Origin: an uncultured Chloroflexia bacterium
GTDB lineage: Bacteria; Chloroflexota; Anaerolineae; Anaerolineales; UBA4823
Assembly (NCBI GenBank): GCA_963840255.1
Contig: CAWIYB010000005.1
Span: 997,843 to 1,061,842 of the forward strand
DNA: 64,000 bases
Direction: 5' to 3'
The position numbers were made by a program, and so were the translations under genes. This document shows, in pieces, positions 18,052-28,267 of the stretch (the stretch's first letter is position 1; every line of letters starts with the position of its first letter). The notes under the pieces are model-generated. The model made no database searches. It worked only from the letters and a program-made list of their open reading frames with translations, and had not been told where the DNA came from.

Positions 18052-20781
18052 ATGGACGATAAATCAGTTGGTAAGCTGCCCGATACATTCATGGTTACCC
18101 TTGGGTCATCAGAATATTCGGTAACCGCTGGTTCCAGTATTGAGATTGTTGTAACGCTTTCCAACCAGGGAGCAGCCGGTGATTACTTTAAAGTTAACCT
18201 GCTGGGCATCCCACCGAGCTGGATAGCCGTTTCGGGTCCACCAGCGGTTTGGATTCCAGCAGGCGGACAGGAAAAAGTGACTATCACCATCTCTCCATCA
18301 ACAGTTGATGAAGGCATCACGGGTAATTATCTCTCCCGCCTGCAAGTATTCGGGCAGACTGCCCCGGAAAAGGTGAAAAAGCTTGAAATCCTTCTTAAAA
18401 TCCTTCCTGCTGCAAAAACGAAAGGGAAAATTGGGCTGCATGTCGATTCAAGTGAGCTCAAAGCCAATCCTGGCAGCGAAGTTAAGATCCAACTGACAAT
18501 CAGCAATCCATCACCAGAAGCAGAATCCTTGCGAATTTCCGTTCAGGGGGTTCCCAATAGCTGGGTCTCCTTACCCTCGCCCGTGGTCAGCGTACCTGGA
18601 GGTGTGGAGAAAAAGATTGAAGTAATCCTGCAGGTTCCTGCTGCCCCAGAAATCCATGCTGGCAATATTCCATTGAAAATCTCCGTCACCAGCCAGACAC
18701 ATCTCCAGATCAAGGAAGAAGTAGAGATCACCCTGGCCATTGCTGCATTCGAGTCACAAGGGCGAGTTGGAGTAAAGTTGGGGTCAGTCCAGTTTTCCAC
18801 TCCACCCGGAGAAATCTTGACCATTCCCATCAGTGTATTGAACCGCGGCTTGAACAGCGATACCTTCCGCCTGGGGGTCGAGGGGATCCCAGTTAACTGG
18901 GTTTCTACCACCACTCCGCTCATTCCGTTAGGAGCGGGAGAAAACAAGGAGATTTCCCTCCTGATTCGCCCGACCCTCTCGCCATCCAGTCAGGCTGGAC
19001 GTTACAAATTCTACATTACGATGACCAGCCAGGCTGCACCAGACCAGGTTGTTAGAGTCGACTGCATATTGACCGTAGCCGCGTACAGCCAGTTCACTAC
19101 AGACCTGGAACCCAAGACTGCCAACTCAGGGCAGCCTATCTCGTTGACCATAAAGAACGAAGGAAATATTCCACAGGTGTTTTCCCTCAGCTGTACGAGT
19201 GAGAGTGACAAGCTGGTCTTTGAATTTCTACCTCCTGAAGTGACAAAACAAGCGGAAATACCAGCTGAAACCCAGCGCTCCCCAGGCAAGGCGACCTCAA
19301 CAGGTTCTGCTGTTGACAATTCAAACCTCACCATCCCTGCGGGAGGGTCAGCAGCCTTTAGATTTTCCGCCCATCCCCAGCAGCGCCCATTGCTTGGTGG
19401 AGCGATTACCTATCTCTATACTGCCAGGGTGAAATCCCCGCAAAAACAGTTTCCTCCTCTCCAGGGACGGGTGATCAGCCAGGCATTGATTCCTATCTGG
19501 TTAATACCGCTTGCCTTGTTCGTGTGCATATTGGTCTTCCTGGGTGCCATCATCCTTGGGCGTCAGAGTGGAGCCAAAGCCGGCAGCGCTACCCAGACTT
19601 ATTTAGCATCAACTGCGCAGGGAACCGGGATAAGCCAGACATCTGCAGCAGGTACGGCGCGGGCACTTGAAGCCACTCAGACCTTCGCCGCAGAGCTGGG
19701 ACAGGCAATAAGCTCCACTCAGACCGCGGCTGCCAGCACAGCTCTGGCTGCTGCTGCCACCCAATCGGCCACTGCGGAGACTGCGCAGGCAGTTGGTGCT
19801 ACCCAGACCGCCGCCATCGGTACCTTACAGGCAGTGGCTGCAACGGAGACTTTCGCTGCCCTGCAAACATCGGTAGCCACTCAACAAACTGCAACCTTAA
19901 CTCCAACCCTCATGCCAAGCATAACGACTACGATACAGGCTACTGCCTCACCAACCCAGGTGCAGCTCCCCCGATTCGGTGGCGTGATACTTTTCGTATC
20001 TGACCGGGATGGAAATCAGGAAATCTATAACCTGGATGATGCCGGTCACATCGGCCGCCTCACCGATAACCCGGCGGTGGATATGCAGCCTGCCTGGTCA
20101 ACGAATATGCAGCAGGTGGTATTCACCACGAACCGCGATGGGCAGAATGATATCTACCTGATGAATGCGGATGGTACGAACCAGGTAAACCTGACCAATA
20201 ACTCGGCCGATGACCAGTATCCAACATGGTCTGTGGATGGTCAGTGGATCGCATTTTCCAGCAACCGCGATGGAAACTATGAGATCTATGTTCTCAGGGT
20301 GAGTGACCTTGAATTACACAACCTGACCAACAATCCGGCAAATGATACCCAGCCGAATTGGGTACGTAGCACAACTTTCGATCCAGCAGGCGAATCGATC
20401 GTCTTCACTTCCAACCGCGATGGGAACCCGGAAATCTACCGGATGAAGACTGACGGAACGGACCAGGTCAACCTGACCCAAAGCCCCGCTAATGATACAC
20501 AGGCAAAAGGATCACCGGATGGATCCCTGATCGTATTCGCGACTGACCGGGACGGAAACCAGGAAATTTATTCCATGAGGGTCGATGGAGCCAATCCGAC
20601 AAACATAACCAACAACCCAGCCATTGATTTTGGACCTTGTTGGGCACCCAACCAGGCCTGGGTTGCTTTTACTTCAGAACGTGACGGCAACCGCGAAGTC
20701 TATATCACGAAACCAAACGCCACAGACGTTTATAACCTGACGGTGAACCCCAGCCAGGATGTCGTCTCAGATTGGCGTTGA
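18052..20781 (+). CDS. Large bitopic protein: N-terminal Ig-like (CARDB/NEW3-type) repeats - single TM - Ala/Thr/Gln low-complexity linker - TolB-like PD40 beta-propeller
   Basis: Four or five repeats share the pattern ..SN.G.....F.....G+P..W. The TM segment is LIPIWLIPLALFVCILVFLGAIILG. An ATQTAA-type linker follows. There are at least 7 PD40 blades (DRDGN.EIY....DG.....LT.N...D..P.WS). Confidence 0.88.
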   Translation: MDDKSVGKLPDTFMVTLGSSEYSVTAGSSIEIVVTLSNQGAAGDYFKVNLLGIPPSWIAVSGPPAVWIPAGGQEKVTITISPSTVDEGITGNYLSRLQVFGQTAPEKVKKLEILLKILPAAKTKGKIGLHVDSSELKANPGSEVKIQLTISNPSPEAESLRISVQGVPNSWVSLPSPVVSVPGGVEKKIEVILQVPAAPEIHAGNIPLKISVTSQTHLQIKEEVEITLAIAAFESQGRVGVKLGSVQFSTPPGEILTIPISVLNRGLNSDTFRLGVEGIPVNWVSTTTPLIPLGAGENKEISLLIRPTLSPSSQAGRYKFYITMTSQAAPDQVVRVDCILTVAAYSQFTTDLEPKTANSGQPISLTIKNEGNIPQVFSLSCTSESDKLVFEFLPPEVTKQAEIPAETQRSPGKATSTGSAVDNSNLTIPAGGSAAFRFSAHPQQRPLLGGAITYLYTARVKSPQKQFPPLQGRVISQALIPIWLIPLALFVCILVFLGAIILGRQSGAKAGSATQTYLASTAQGTGISQTSAAGTARALEATQTFAAELGQAISSTQTAAASTALAAAATQSATAETAQAVGATQTAAIGTLQAVAATETFAALQTSVATQQTATLTPTLMPSITTTIQATASPTQVQLPRFGGVILFVSDRDGNQEIYNLDDAGHIGRLTDNPAVDMQPAWSTNMQQVVFTTNRDGQNDIYLMNADGTNQVNLTNNSADDQYPTWSVDGQWIAFSSNRDGNYEIYVLRVSDLELHNLTNNPANDTQPNWVRSTTFDPAGESIVFTSNRDGNPEIYRMKTDGTDQVNLTQSPANDTQAKGSPDGSLIVFATDRDGNQEIYSMRVDGANPTNITNNPAIDFGPCWAPNQAWVAFTSERDGNREVYITKPNATDVYNLTVNPSQDVVSDWR

Positions 20782-20903
20782 CGTTTCTGAGAATCAAGAC
20801 AGAATAAGGGTAATGAATGGCACTAATTCAGGCATAATTACTATCGGACTTTTTTTTTAAAATTCGCTATAATAACAGCGGTGGTAACCTGAGAGACTAT
20901 AGA

Positions 20904-21830
20904 ATGTCAAACAATAATACTGTCGAGAAACAAGTCCCTCTCACCCGATATGCCTGGTTATCAATTGCTGCAGCTGTAGTAACCATCACCCTGAAGGCGA
21001 GTGCTTATTTCCTGACCGGCTCGGTCGGATTGTTATCAGATGCGCTGGAGTCAATGGTTAATCTGGCTTCAGCTATAGTGGCACTCTTGGTGTTGAGTCT
21101 GATCACGCGTCCAGCCAACGACGAGTTTACCTTCGGTTATTCCAAGGCAGAATATTTCTCCAGCGGTTTTGAAGGTGGGATGATCCTGCTGGCAGCAGCA
21201 GCGATCATCATTACTGCAGTTCCCCGGTTGATTAACCCGGTCCCATTGGAACAGCTTGGACTGGGTCTGGCTATATCGATAATTGCATCTCTAATTAACC
21301 TTGGAGTATCCCTGATCTTGATGCGGGCTGCCAAGCGATATAACTCGATCACATTGGAAGCTGATGCCAAACACCTGATGACGGATGTGTGGACTACAGC
21401 CGGGGTCTTGGTGGGCATTGGGCTGGTGTGGGTGACTGGTTATATTCGCCTGGACCCGATCATCGCCATCCTGGTTGCGATAAATATCTTATTCACTGGT
21501 TACCGTTTACTCGTACGCTCGGGACGCGGCTTGCTGGATGTCGCCGTCCCCACGGAAGAGATTTCCTCGGTGAAATCGATCCTGGATTCCTATAGAGAAC
21601 AGGGTGTTAGCTACCATGCCTTGCGATCAAGACAGGCTGCTGCGCGTAAATTCATGGTGGTACACCTGCTCGTACCAGGAAACTGGAGTGTCCGTAAGAG
21701 CCACGCACTGGCTGAGCAGGTTGAAAATCGCGTCGTCGAAACCATCACCAATGCCAACATAGTAACCCATATCGAGCCGATCGATGATCCTATTTCAATG
21801 AAGGATGCCACCATTGATCGAGAGCAATAA
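20904..21830 (+). CDS. Cation diffusion facilitator (CDF) family divalent-metal efflux transporter
   Basis: Six TM helices with metal-site motifs SDALESMVN and HLMTDVWT, plus a C-terminal cytoplasmic domain. Confidence 0.88.
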   Translation: MSNNNTVEKQVPLTRYAWLSIAAAVVTITLKASAYFLTGSVGLLSDALESMVNLASAIVALLVLSLITRPANDEFTFGYSKAEYFSSGFEGGMILLAAAAIIITAVPRLINPVPLEQLGLGLAISIIASLINLGVSLILMRAAKRYNSITLEADAKHLMTDVWTTAGVLVGIGLVWVTGYIRLDPIIAILVAINILFTGYRLLVRSGRGLLDVAVPTEEISSVKSILDSYREQGVSYHALRSRQAAARKFMVVHLLVPGNWSVRKSHALAEQVENRVVETITNANIVTHIEPIDDPISMKDATIDREQ

Positions 21831-21884
21831 ATCAGGTCAAATCGGGACTTTAAAATATCAGCTTGAGTAAAAATAGGAGAAAAT

Positions 21885-22769
21885 ATGGGAAAAACCGGTC
21901 GCAGAATCTGGTATGGAATAGCAATTGTATTGTCCTGCCTGGTAGTGTTGCTGAGTGTAGCAGGTATTGCAGGTGTCTGGGTCACCCAACGCGCCGTATC
22001 CAACACAGTAGTCCAGCTATTCGACTCAGTTAGTAATGTCACAGGTAGCTTGCGCCAGACAGCTCAAACCGTAGATCAGAAATTAGCGAGCATGCAGGAT
22101 ATTACCAGCTCAATTTCTACGGCTTCTGTATCATTAAGCCAGCAAGTGGCGGATCAAGGACTGATCAATCTCCTGCTTCCTGAAGAGCAAACTCAGAAAC
22201 TATCCGAATTATCAACATCTGTAAAAGAAGCCATCAACACCTTGCGTGATATGCTTACATCCATCAGAGGTATCTATCAGACAATTGATTCAATCCCATT
22301 TGTTAACCTACCGGCGCCTAGCCAGGATCAGATTGATAAACTTGGGGAATCGATCACCGCTATTCAATCAGCTGTTGATGAAGTGACCAATGCGATCACG
22401 GCGTTCCGCGCAGGTGCCAGCGAAAAGATCAGCATCGTTACCCAGGCAGTGGATCAAATTACTGGCCGTCTGAGCGATGCCAGGAGCCGCCTGGCTGATC
22501 TGGACACTCGCCTGGCAAACGTACAGGACAGACTGGCTCAATTAAAACAAGTCGCAGTGGCGGCACTATTCCTGATAGCTGTACTGGGCAGCCTGTTCCT
22601 GGCCTGGGTGGTCTACACTCAGATCGAGGTAATTCGATTATTCACCCTTCGTTGGAGAGCTTCAGGGGCAGCCGTTATGATCGAACCTACAACTGAGCCA
22701 TCGGTTAGCCCAAAGGATGAGCCAGTATCTGACGCTGCTACGGCAGCGCCGGAAAATCAAGAAAAATAA
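21885..22769 (+). CDS. Hypothetical bitopic membrane protein with a long helical/coiled-coil loop between two TM helices
   Basis: SD AGGAG. TM helices lie at about aa 10-33 and about aa 222-245. The region between them is Gln/Ser/Ala-rich and helical. Confidence 0.7.
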   Translation: MGKTGRRIWYGIAIVLSCLVVLLSVAGIAGVWVTQRAVSNTVVQLFDSVSNVTGSLRQTAQTVDQKLASMQDITSSISTASVSLSQQVADQGLINLLLPEEQTQKLSELSTSVKEAINTLRDMLTSIRGIYQTIDSIPFVNLPAPSQDQIDKLGESITAIQSAVDEVTNAITAFRAGASEKISIVTQAVDQITGRLSDARSRLADLDTRLANVQDRLAQLKQVAVAALFLIAVLGSLFLAWVVYTQIEVIRLFTLRWRASGAAVMIEPTTEPSVSPKDEPVSDAATAAPENQEK

Positions 22770-22811
22770 TAAATCTGCAAGAGTATCAATTGCACTTCGT
22801 CAATTCAATCT

Positions 22812-22846
22812 CCAACCCCCCAAAAGACATGTTTTTGGGGGGTTGG
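22812..22846. terminator. Bidirectional terminator hairpin between convergent genes
   Basis: Perfect 14-bp stem CCAACCCCCCAAAA / TTTTGGGGGGTTGG with a 7-nt loop. A/T runs sit on both sides, between the stops at 22769 (+) and 22897 (-). Confidence 0.85.
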
Positions 22847-22896
22847 CAGTACATGTATTGATATTTATCTGGCCACGGATGACGACCTTAATATAA

Positions 22897-23889
22897 TCAC
22901 TCAGCGAACGTGTCCACCAGAAGTTTTACATCTCCACATACTGGATATAAAATGGGGCAGGTACACCCGTGCTTGAAGTACTCATTCACGCATACCCGTG
23001 CTTCTGCCGGAGTGCCTGAAGCAGTGATGCGATCGATCAGCTCATCGGTGACGAAATGCTTGGCTTTGTCGATCTGCTCCTCGGTGGCGGGCCAGCCCAA
23101 AATGGATTGGATTTCACGGACTACCTCGTCACTTACACCGGATGCTTTCGCAATATGCGGCTGCTGCGCCAGGTACTGGCACAACAGTCCGCGGGCAGAA
23201 TCATATGCCATGTCATGATCGTTATCCACCGAGCAGACGATCAGCTGGGGGCGGTCAATTTCATCCAGGCTGCGACCACTCCTCCTGGCACCTTTCTCGA
23301 GCAGCTCCAGGATGTGGTCATTATGCTCTGGCGGTGCGCAGTAGTTCAAGACGACACCATCCGCGATTTCACCTGCCAGCTCCATCATCTGGTCACCGGT
23401 AGCGCCGATCATGATCGGAACATTTCTCGGCTCGCGACGACCATGGACCACATCCAGCTCGATACCATTCACGTGGATAAACTCTCCATCGAATGAAACC
23501 CGCTCCATGTTCAATAAGCGGCGCAGCACATCGACCGTCTCCTTCATGGCGGTCAGCGGTTTCTTGCGATCGATCCCCACATTTTTTGCCAGCGGGTCCC
23601 ACCACGCACCGATGCCACAGATGATCCGATCAGGTGCCAGGTCATCCAGTGTGAGGAATGTGGCTGCCAATAAACCGATGTTGCGCGTCCAGTTGTTAAT
23701 CACCCCCGAGCCAATTTTGATGCGTTCCGTCACAGCTGCATAGGCGGCCATCGGTACAATAGCATCTCTGACCAATCGGCTCTCCGCCTGCCAGACAGCC
23801 TCGAAACCTTTACTCTCAGCGTATCTGACGTAATCAAGCCCATCCCGCAGATCGTGCGCATCCTGCAGGTATAAAGCCACACGGTCCAT
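22897..23889 (-). CDS. LLM-class (luciferase-like) flavin/F420-dependent oxidoreductase
   Basis: The sequence reads ...[42 protein letters not shown]....[14 protein letters not shown]...GIGA... The ATG at 23889 is preceded by GGAAGGA. The longer ORF-track start would overlap the upstream gene. Confidence 0.8.
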   Translation of the reverse strand: MDRVALYLQDAHDLRDGLDYVRYAESKGFEAVWQAESRLVRDAIVPMAAYAAVTERIKIGSGVINNWTRNIGLLAATFLTLDDLAPDRIICGIGAWWDPLAKNVGIDRKKPLTAMKETVDVLRRLLNMERVSFDGEFIHVNGIELDVVHGRREPRNVPIMIGATGDQMMELAGEIADGVVLNYCAPPEHNDHILELLEKGARRSGRSLDEIDRPQLIVCSVDNDHDMAYDSARGLLCQYLAQQPHIAKASGVSDEVVREIQSILGWPATEEQIDKAKHFVTDELIDRITASGTPAEARVCVNEYFKHGCTCPILYPVCGDVKLLVDTFAE

Positions 23890-23942
23890 AATTATCCTTC
23901 CCATCTCCCCCGACCCCAGTGTATGTTGTTGGATTTGGTCGG

Positions 23943-25277
23943 TTAAAGCTCGTTCAGCCGTTCCCACATCCGTGGAGCCAGCTCGCGTGAGCGGGCAGTG
24001 ATTCGCTCCTCATCCATGCTTAGTATTTGCTTGCCCAGCATTAATATTTTGCCCTTACAGACTGTCGTGTCAATGGTGGCGTCAACCAGACCAAAAATGA
24101 GATGCCCAAGAAAATTCGCTTCATTGAGAGGCGTTGGAGGTCGGTAATCCATGATGGCAAGATCAGCCGGATGACCCACAGTTATCTCCCCAAACCTTAT
24201 GCCAAATTGTCGTTCAGCGATGGTGGCATTGTTTTGCAGCAGGAGCTGGGGAGCTTCGAGGAACGCAACCCGCGGGTCATGGTTAGCCAGCCTGTGCAGC
24301 AGGTAGGCGCAACGCATTTGGACCAGCATATCTGAACCCATCCCGTCCGTTCCCAACCCAACCAACACTCCCTTATTCAACAACTTCAACAATGGTGTCA
24401 CCCCAACAGCATTATTCATATTCGATTCGGGGTTGTGGACCACGCTCGTGCCGGTGGCAGCCAGGATATCCATCTCCGCCTCGTCAATGTGGACGCAATG
24501 GACAAAAATTGAATTGTTTCCGGTCACCCCCAGGTTGTCCAACCTGTTTACGGTCGGCATCCTGTATTTGGCAATCGAATCTTCCCGGTCTGCGGCATCT
24601 TCGGCGACGTGGATATGACAGCCTACTCCTGCTTGACGTGCGAAACTTGCACATTCTTCAATAGTCGCATCAGACAAAGTGAACGAGGCGTGCATACCCA
24701 TCATGGCGGCTATCTGACCATCACCATTTCCTACTTTCTTGATGAAGCGTTTGTTTTCCTCCACGCCTCCACCGGCAGCATTACGGTCGGAAACCTCATA
24801 ACACAACGATGCGCGGATGCCCGCCTGTCGGACAGCATTTTCGATCATATCGAGCGACCCTTCACGCAGGGACGGAGATGCATGATGGTCAATGACCGTG
24901 GTCGTACCGTTGCGGATGCACTCAATCAGGGGCACCTGGGCAGATAGGGTGATGTCTTCCTCATCCAGAGCCCGATCCACCTTCCACCACAGCCGTTCGA
25001 GGATCTCCACAAAATTCGCCGCTGGTTCACCTGGGATGCTCATCCCCCGCGCCATGGTTGAGTAAAAATGGTGGTGGGTGCAAATGAACCCTGGGAGAAT
25101 GATTTTCCCCGTGCAGTCAATGGCACCTGCGGTGGGGTAGCCCTGCTTCATCTCACTCGAGCTGCCCACAGCAATAATTTGCTCACCCTCGGTGACGACG
25201 CTGCCATTCCATAGGACCTGGTCCTTGTCTCCAAGCGTGACAACGATACCGTTTTCGAATCGAGTAGCCATAACCAT
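23943..25277 (-). CDS. Amidohydrolase-superfamily aminohydrolase, SsnA/chlorohydrolase (ATZ/TRZ)-like
   Basis: Metal ligands are [19 protein letters not shown] and GLGTDG. The start is ATG 25277 or 25271, after GAAAGGA and 11-17 nt downstream of the upstream stop. Confidence 0.82.
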   Translation of the reverse strand: MVMATRFENGIVVTLGDKDQVLWNGSVVTEGEQIIAVGSSSEMKQGYPTAGAIDCTGKIILPGFICTHHHFYSTMARGMSIPGEPAANFVEILERLWWKVDRALDEEDITLSAQVPLIECIRNGTTTVIDHHASPSLREGSLDMIENAVRQAGIRASLCYEVSDRNAAGGGVEENKRFIKKVGNGDGQIAAMMGMHASFTLSDATIEECASFARQAGVGCHIHVAEDAADREDSIAKYRMPTVNRLDNLGVTGNNSIFVHCVHIDEAEMDILAATGTSVVHNPESNMNNAVGVTPLLKLLNKGVLVGLGTDGMGSDMLVQMRCAYLLHRLANHDPRVAFLEAPQLLLQNNATIAERQFGIRFGEITVGHPADLAIMDYRPPTPLNEANFLGHLIFGLVDATIDTTVCKGKILMLGKQILSMDEERITARSRELAPRMWERLNEL

Positions 25278-25287
25278 CCTTTCGTTT

Positions 25288-27786
25288 CTAGTTCTCTCTG
25301 AGCACTGCCAGCTCTTCGGGTGTGCGTTCACGCATCGAGATGGCGCCAACAAAACATTTCTTGGCACAGATTGAGCAGCCTATGCACAGGGCAGGGTCGG
25401 TATGTGGAAAACCGTCTTCGTCCAGTTGAATCGCCAAATATGGGCAGCGTGCACAGTTGCCGCACGAGACGCAGTAATCAGGATTGGCTTCTGAAATCTT
25501 TTTAACCGGTGTTAGAGCCATAAAGTCAGTGATAGGATTGGGTTGAGCGATACCGATCAATTCATTCATCGATCCAATCCCCCGCTGCTGCATCAGAAAA
25601 GAAACGCCCGATTCTAGCTCATGGATAATACCGTAACCATGCTTCATCACGATGGTGCAGAACTGCACGGTTTTTACACCCAGGGCCAAGAAATCCATGG
25701 CAGCCTTGTAATCCATCGGACCGCCGTTGCCAGATATTTCAATACCTTCAGGTACCGCCTGCGCCAAGGTAAGGTAGGAGATGGGGGTGACACCCTCACC
25801 ACTCATCCCCACGATGACCCCTTCCTCCCAGATCCGTCCCATAGACGGGCGGAATGCCAGGGTGGGGAAGGAGTTCGCCAGGGTGATGCCGGCTTTCTTA
25901 GTGGGGTAATGGTCCAATACTTTACGGATAGCCCTCAGGATGGGTGCGATGGATGTGACTGCTGCGGTCAATTTAAACAGCTTCGGGATGTTTGGATCGC
26001 CAACCTGCATGATCCAGTCGATTATCCTGGCAGTGAGGGCTGCATTTTGCGAGACGATGGCGCCTTCTGTACCATCGCCCCCCTGCGGGCAAGACAGTGA
26101 ATATTCAATCCCCATCACCCCGGCTGCTTCCAATTTTCTGGTATTGGATTGCCAACCGACCGCATCGGCCTCGTCATTCCCCGTCACCGGACCACCAGTA
26201 GATGCCATAGTCAGACGATCCGGCCACTGCCTGACGAGCTGCTCAACCTCCCGGCACACCCTTTCAAGCGTGTGACCAGAGACGTTATCTGCATTGGCGT
26301 AAGTGTATTGGTTATACGTGAACATATACTCGCCCGGGATGTGGATGGGGACGTTATCAAAGGCAGTTTTCATCACCCCGCCAGCCCAACCGGCCTCATA
26401 CGCCCGAGTCATCTGTTCCAAACCATCGGTGGAAGGAGAGGCCGAAATCAGGAATGGGGATCGGATCGAACGGCTGAAGAACTCGGCCTCCAACGGTACT
26501 GGCACAGGATCATAACCGGGTAAAGCAAAATAAGACTTTGTTGGTTGTTCGATCTCCGGATTAGGCTTGCCTTTTATATAGGCATCGATTTCAAGGGCTG
26601 CATTTTTACCCGAAGCCACCGCCTGGACGACTGTTTTAGGTCCGGTCAAGATATCACCAGCGTAAAAAAGGCCAGCTCCGATCTGCCGGGAAATCTCTGC
26701 CCGCATACCGATTGCCACGATAACTGCCGAAAAGTCGGTACGCATTCCTTCGCTTCCGGTGATGTTCCGGATGTTTGCAGGGCTAAATTTTTTATCGTCG
26801 GGAAGCTCGACTTTAATGGTTTCCAAACCGGCGACTTTCTTGCCACGCCTGGTGATCTTACTCACCCGGATGCGTCCATTTACCTCGATATCAAAATCCA
26901 GCAGCTCCTTCCGTTCCTTGGCAGTCAAGGGCATTTCGGACAGTTTCTCCAGCATGAAAAGCTCGACGTGAGTGGCACCATTTTGCTTAGCTGTGATGGC
27001 ACAGTCGATCGCCGTCGCTCCACCGCCGATCACTGCCACTCGCCCGTCAAACTTGTAGGCATACGGTTTAGCTAACAGGTCTGCCATCTTTATCGCCAGG
27101 TCTTCATTCTCGATGCCCAGTTCGATTGGCTTCCATAGTCCGGCAGTGACACATATTGCCTGGTAATCGTTATTCAATAATTCCTCGGGGTGCTCAATTT
27201 TTAACCCCGTTTTTGCATTGATGTCTCCCAGCGATAGGAGAAACCGAATATCAGTTTCGATCACCTTCCGGTCCAGGCGGTGTTCAGGGATCAGGTTCAT
27301 CATTCCACCCAGGCGGTTGCGTCCTTCAAAGATGTCCACTGTGTAACCCAGCTGTCCCAAAACCGCTGCCGCACCCAATCCAGCTGGTCCACCGCCGATC
27401 ACTGCCACTTTATTCCCATTCAATTGAGGCCTGGAGAATTCCGGGATACCGCCCAGTTGCTTAGCCATTTCGATGATGGTTGCCTGGACGAGCGGGATAT
27501 TGATTGCGCCGTCAAATTTCTTGCGCGTGCAGGCTGCCATACAAAGTGTATCCGGGCAGACCATTCCGCACACCCCACCTAGTGGGTTGGCGTGCATGAT
27601 CTCAGCTGCTGACCGCCTGACGTCGGATGGGTTTCCCAGGCGAGCAGCCATGATGAAATCTGCTGGAGAGCAATTAGCCGGGCAGGCTTCTCTGCATGGT
27701 TTCTCTTCGCAGTATTCGCACCGCAGCAGCTCCGCCTGAAGTTGTGCGGCGGTCATGATAAGCGAACTGGTCCGTTCATTTTCCAT
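25288..27786 (-). CDS. Fused dihydropyrimidine-dehydrogenase-like Fe-S flavoprotein (GltD/PreT-like N-half plus PreA/DHOD-like TIM barrel plus 2x[4Fe-4S] ferredoxin tail)
   Basis: - Cys clusters: CEYCEEKPCREACPANC and CGMVCPDTLCMAAC.
- Two dinucleotide folds: VAVIGGGPAGLGAA and VAVIGGGATAIDCA.
- DHOD-like barrel: GIEYSLSCPQGG.
- C-terminal ferredoxin motifs: CVSCGNCARCP and CIGCSICAKKC.
The ATG at 27786 is preceded by GGAGAGG. Confidence 0.85.
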   Translation of the reverse strand: MENERTSSLIMTAAQLQAELLRCEYCEEKPCREACPANCSPADFIMAARLGNPSDVRRSAAEIMHANPLGGVCGMVCPDTLCMAACTRKKFDGAINIPLVQATIIEMAKQLGGIPEFSRPQLNGNKVAVIGGGPAGLGAAAVLGQLGYTVDIFEGRNRLGGMMNLIPEHRLDRKVIETDIRFLLSLGDINAKTGLKIEHPEELLNNDYQAICVTAGLWKPIELGIENEDLAIKMADLLAKPYAYKFDGRVAVIGGGATAIDCAITAKQNGATHVELFMLEKLSEMPLTAKERKELLDFDIEVNGRIRVSKITRRGKKVAGLETIKVELPDDKKFSPANIRNITGSEGMRTDFSAVIVAIGMRAEISRQIGAGLFYAGDILTGPKTVVQAVASGKNAALEIDAYIKGKPNPEIEQPTKSYFALPGYDPVPVPLEAEFFSRSIRSPFLISASPSTDGLEQMTRAYEAGWAGGVMKTAFDNVPIHIPGEYMFTYNQYTYANADNVSGHTLERVCREVEQLVRQWPDRLTMASTGGPVTGNDEADAVGWQSNTRKLEAAGVMGIEYSLSCPQGGDGTEGAIVSQNAALTARIIDWIMQVGDPNIPKLFKLTAAVTSIAPILRAIRKVLDHYPTKKAGITLANSFPTLAFRPSMGRIWEEGVIVGMSGEGVTPISYLTLAQAVPEGIEISGNGGPMDYKAAMDFLALGVKTVQFCTIVMKHGYGIIHELESGVSFLMQQRGIGSMNELIGIAQPNPITDFMALTPVKKISEANPDYCVSCGNCARCPYLAIQLDEDGFPHTDPALCIGCSICAKKCFVGAISMRERTPEELAVLREN

Positions 27787-27858
27787 GATATACCTCTCCA
27801 ATTACGTTCAATAAGTTGAAAGTATTATACTCTGTCTGACATTTGCTTCAATCCTCGC

Positions 27859-28267
27859 TCATGATCCAGACAGCCTGCATCGCAGCAGCGGTTGGATGTA
27901 CCCACCTTCATCCTCCGGATCATGGGGGGTGACTTGCCTAATCATGATAGAGGTGGAGTAAACAACATCCTGGACCCATTTAAAGGAAATATCAATCAAG
28001 TGGAATTTACCCGAAATAAAGAATCCAAAGGGTATCGTCCCGATAACCAAATCCTTCTTAGATATTCTCAATAGTTTGTTCCAGGTCTTTACTGACCTGT
28101 TGTCGTAAATTAATCAGCCTGACAAAGAGTGCCAAAACGACCAATCCACATATGTTAATCACCACAGTACCTATTACGTTTGCGCCTAATCCACTCCGTA
28201 TCAATAACGGACCAATCAACGCGCCTAGCGCATCACCTAAAGACAAAAAAGCCAATGTAGCCGCCAT
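27859..28267 (-). pseudogene. Remnant of an MFS-type transporter (C-terminal TM helices in two different frames)
   Basis: ORF 28058-28267 (LAFLSLGDALGALIGPLLI...VVLALFV) and ORF 27859-28071 (LVIGTIPFGFFISG) are TM-like fragments in different frames. There is no N-terminal part. They sit in an AT-rich region of about 1 kb with no intact gene. Confidence 0.4.
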
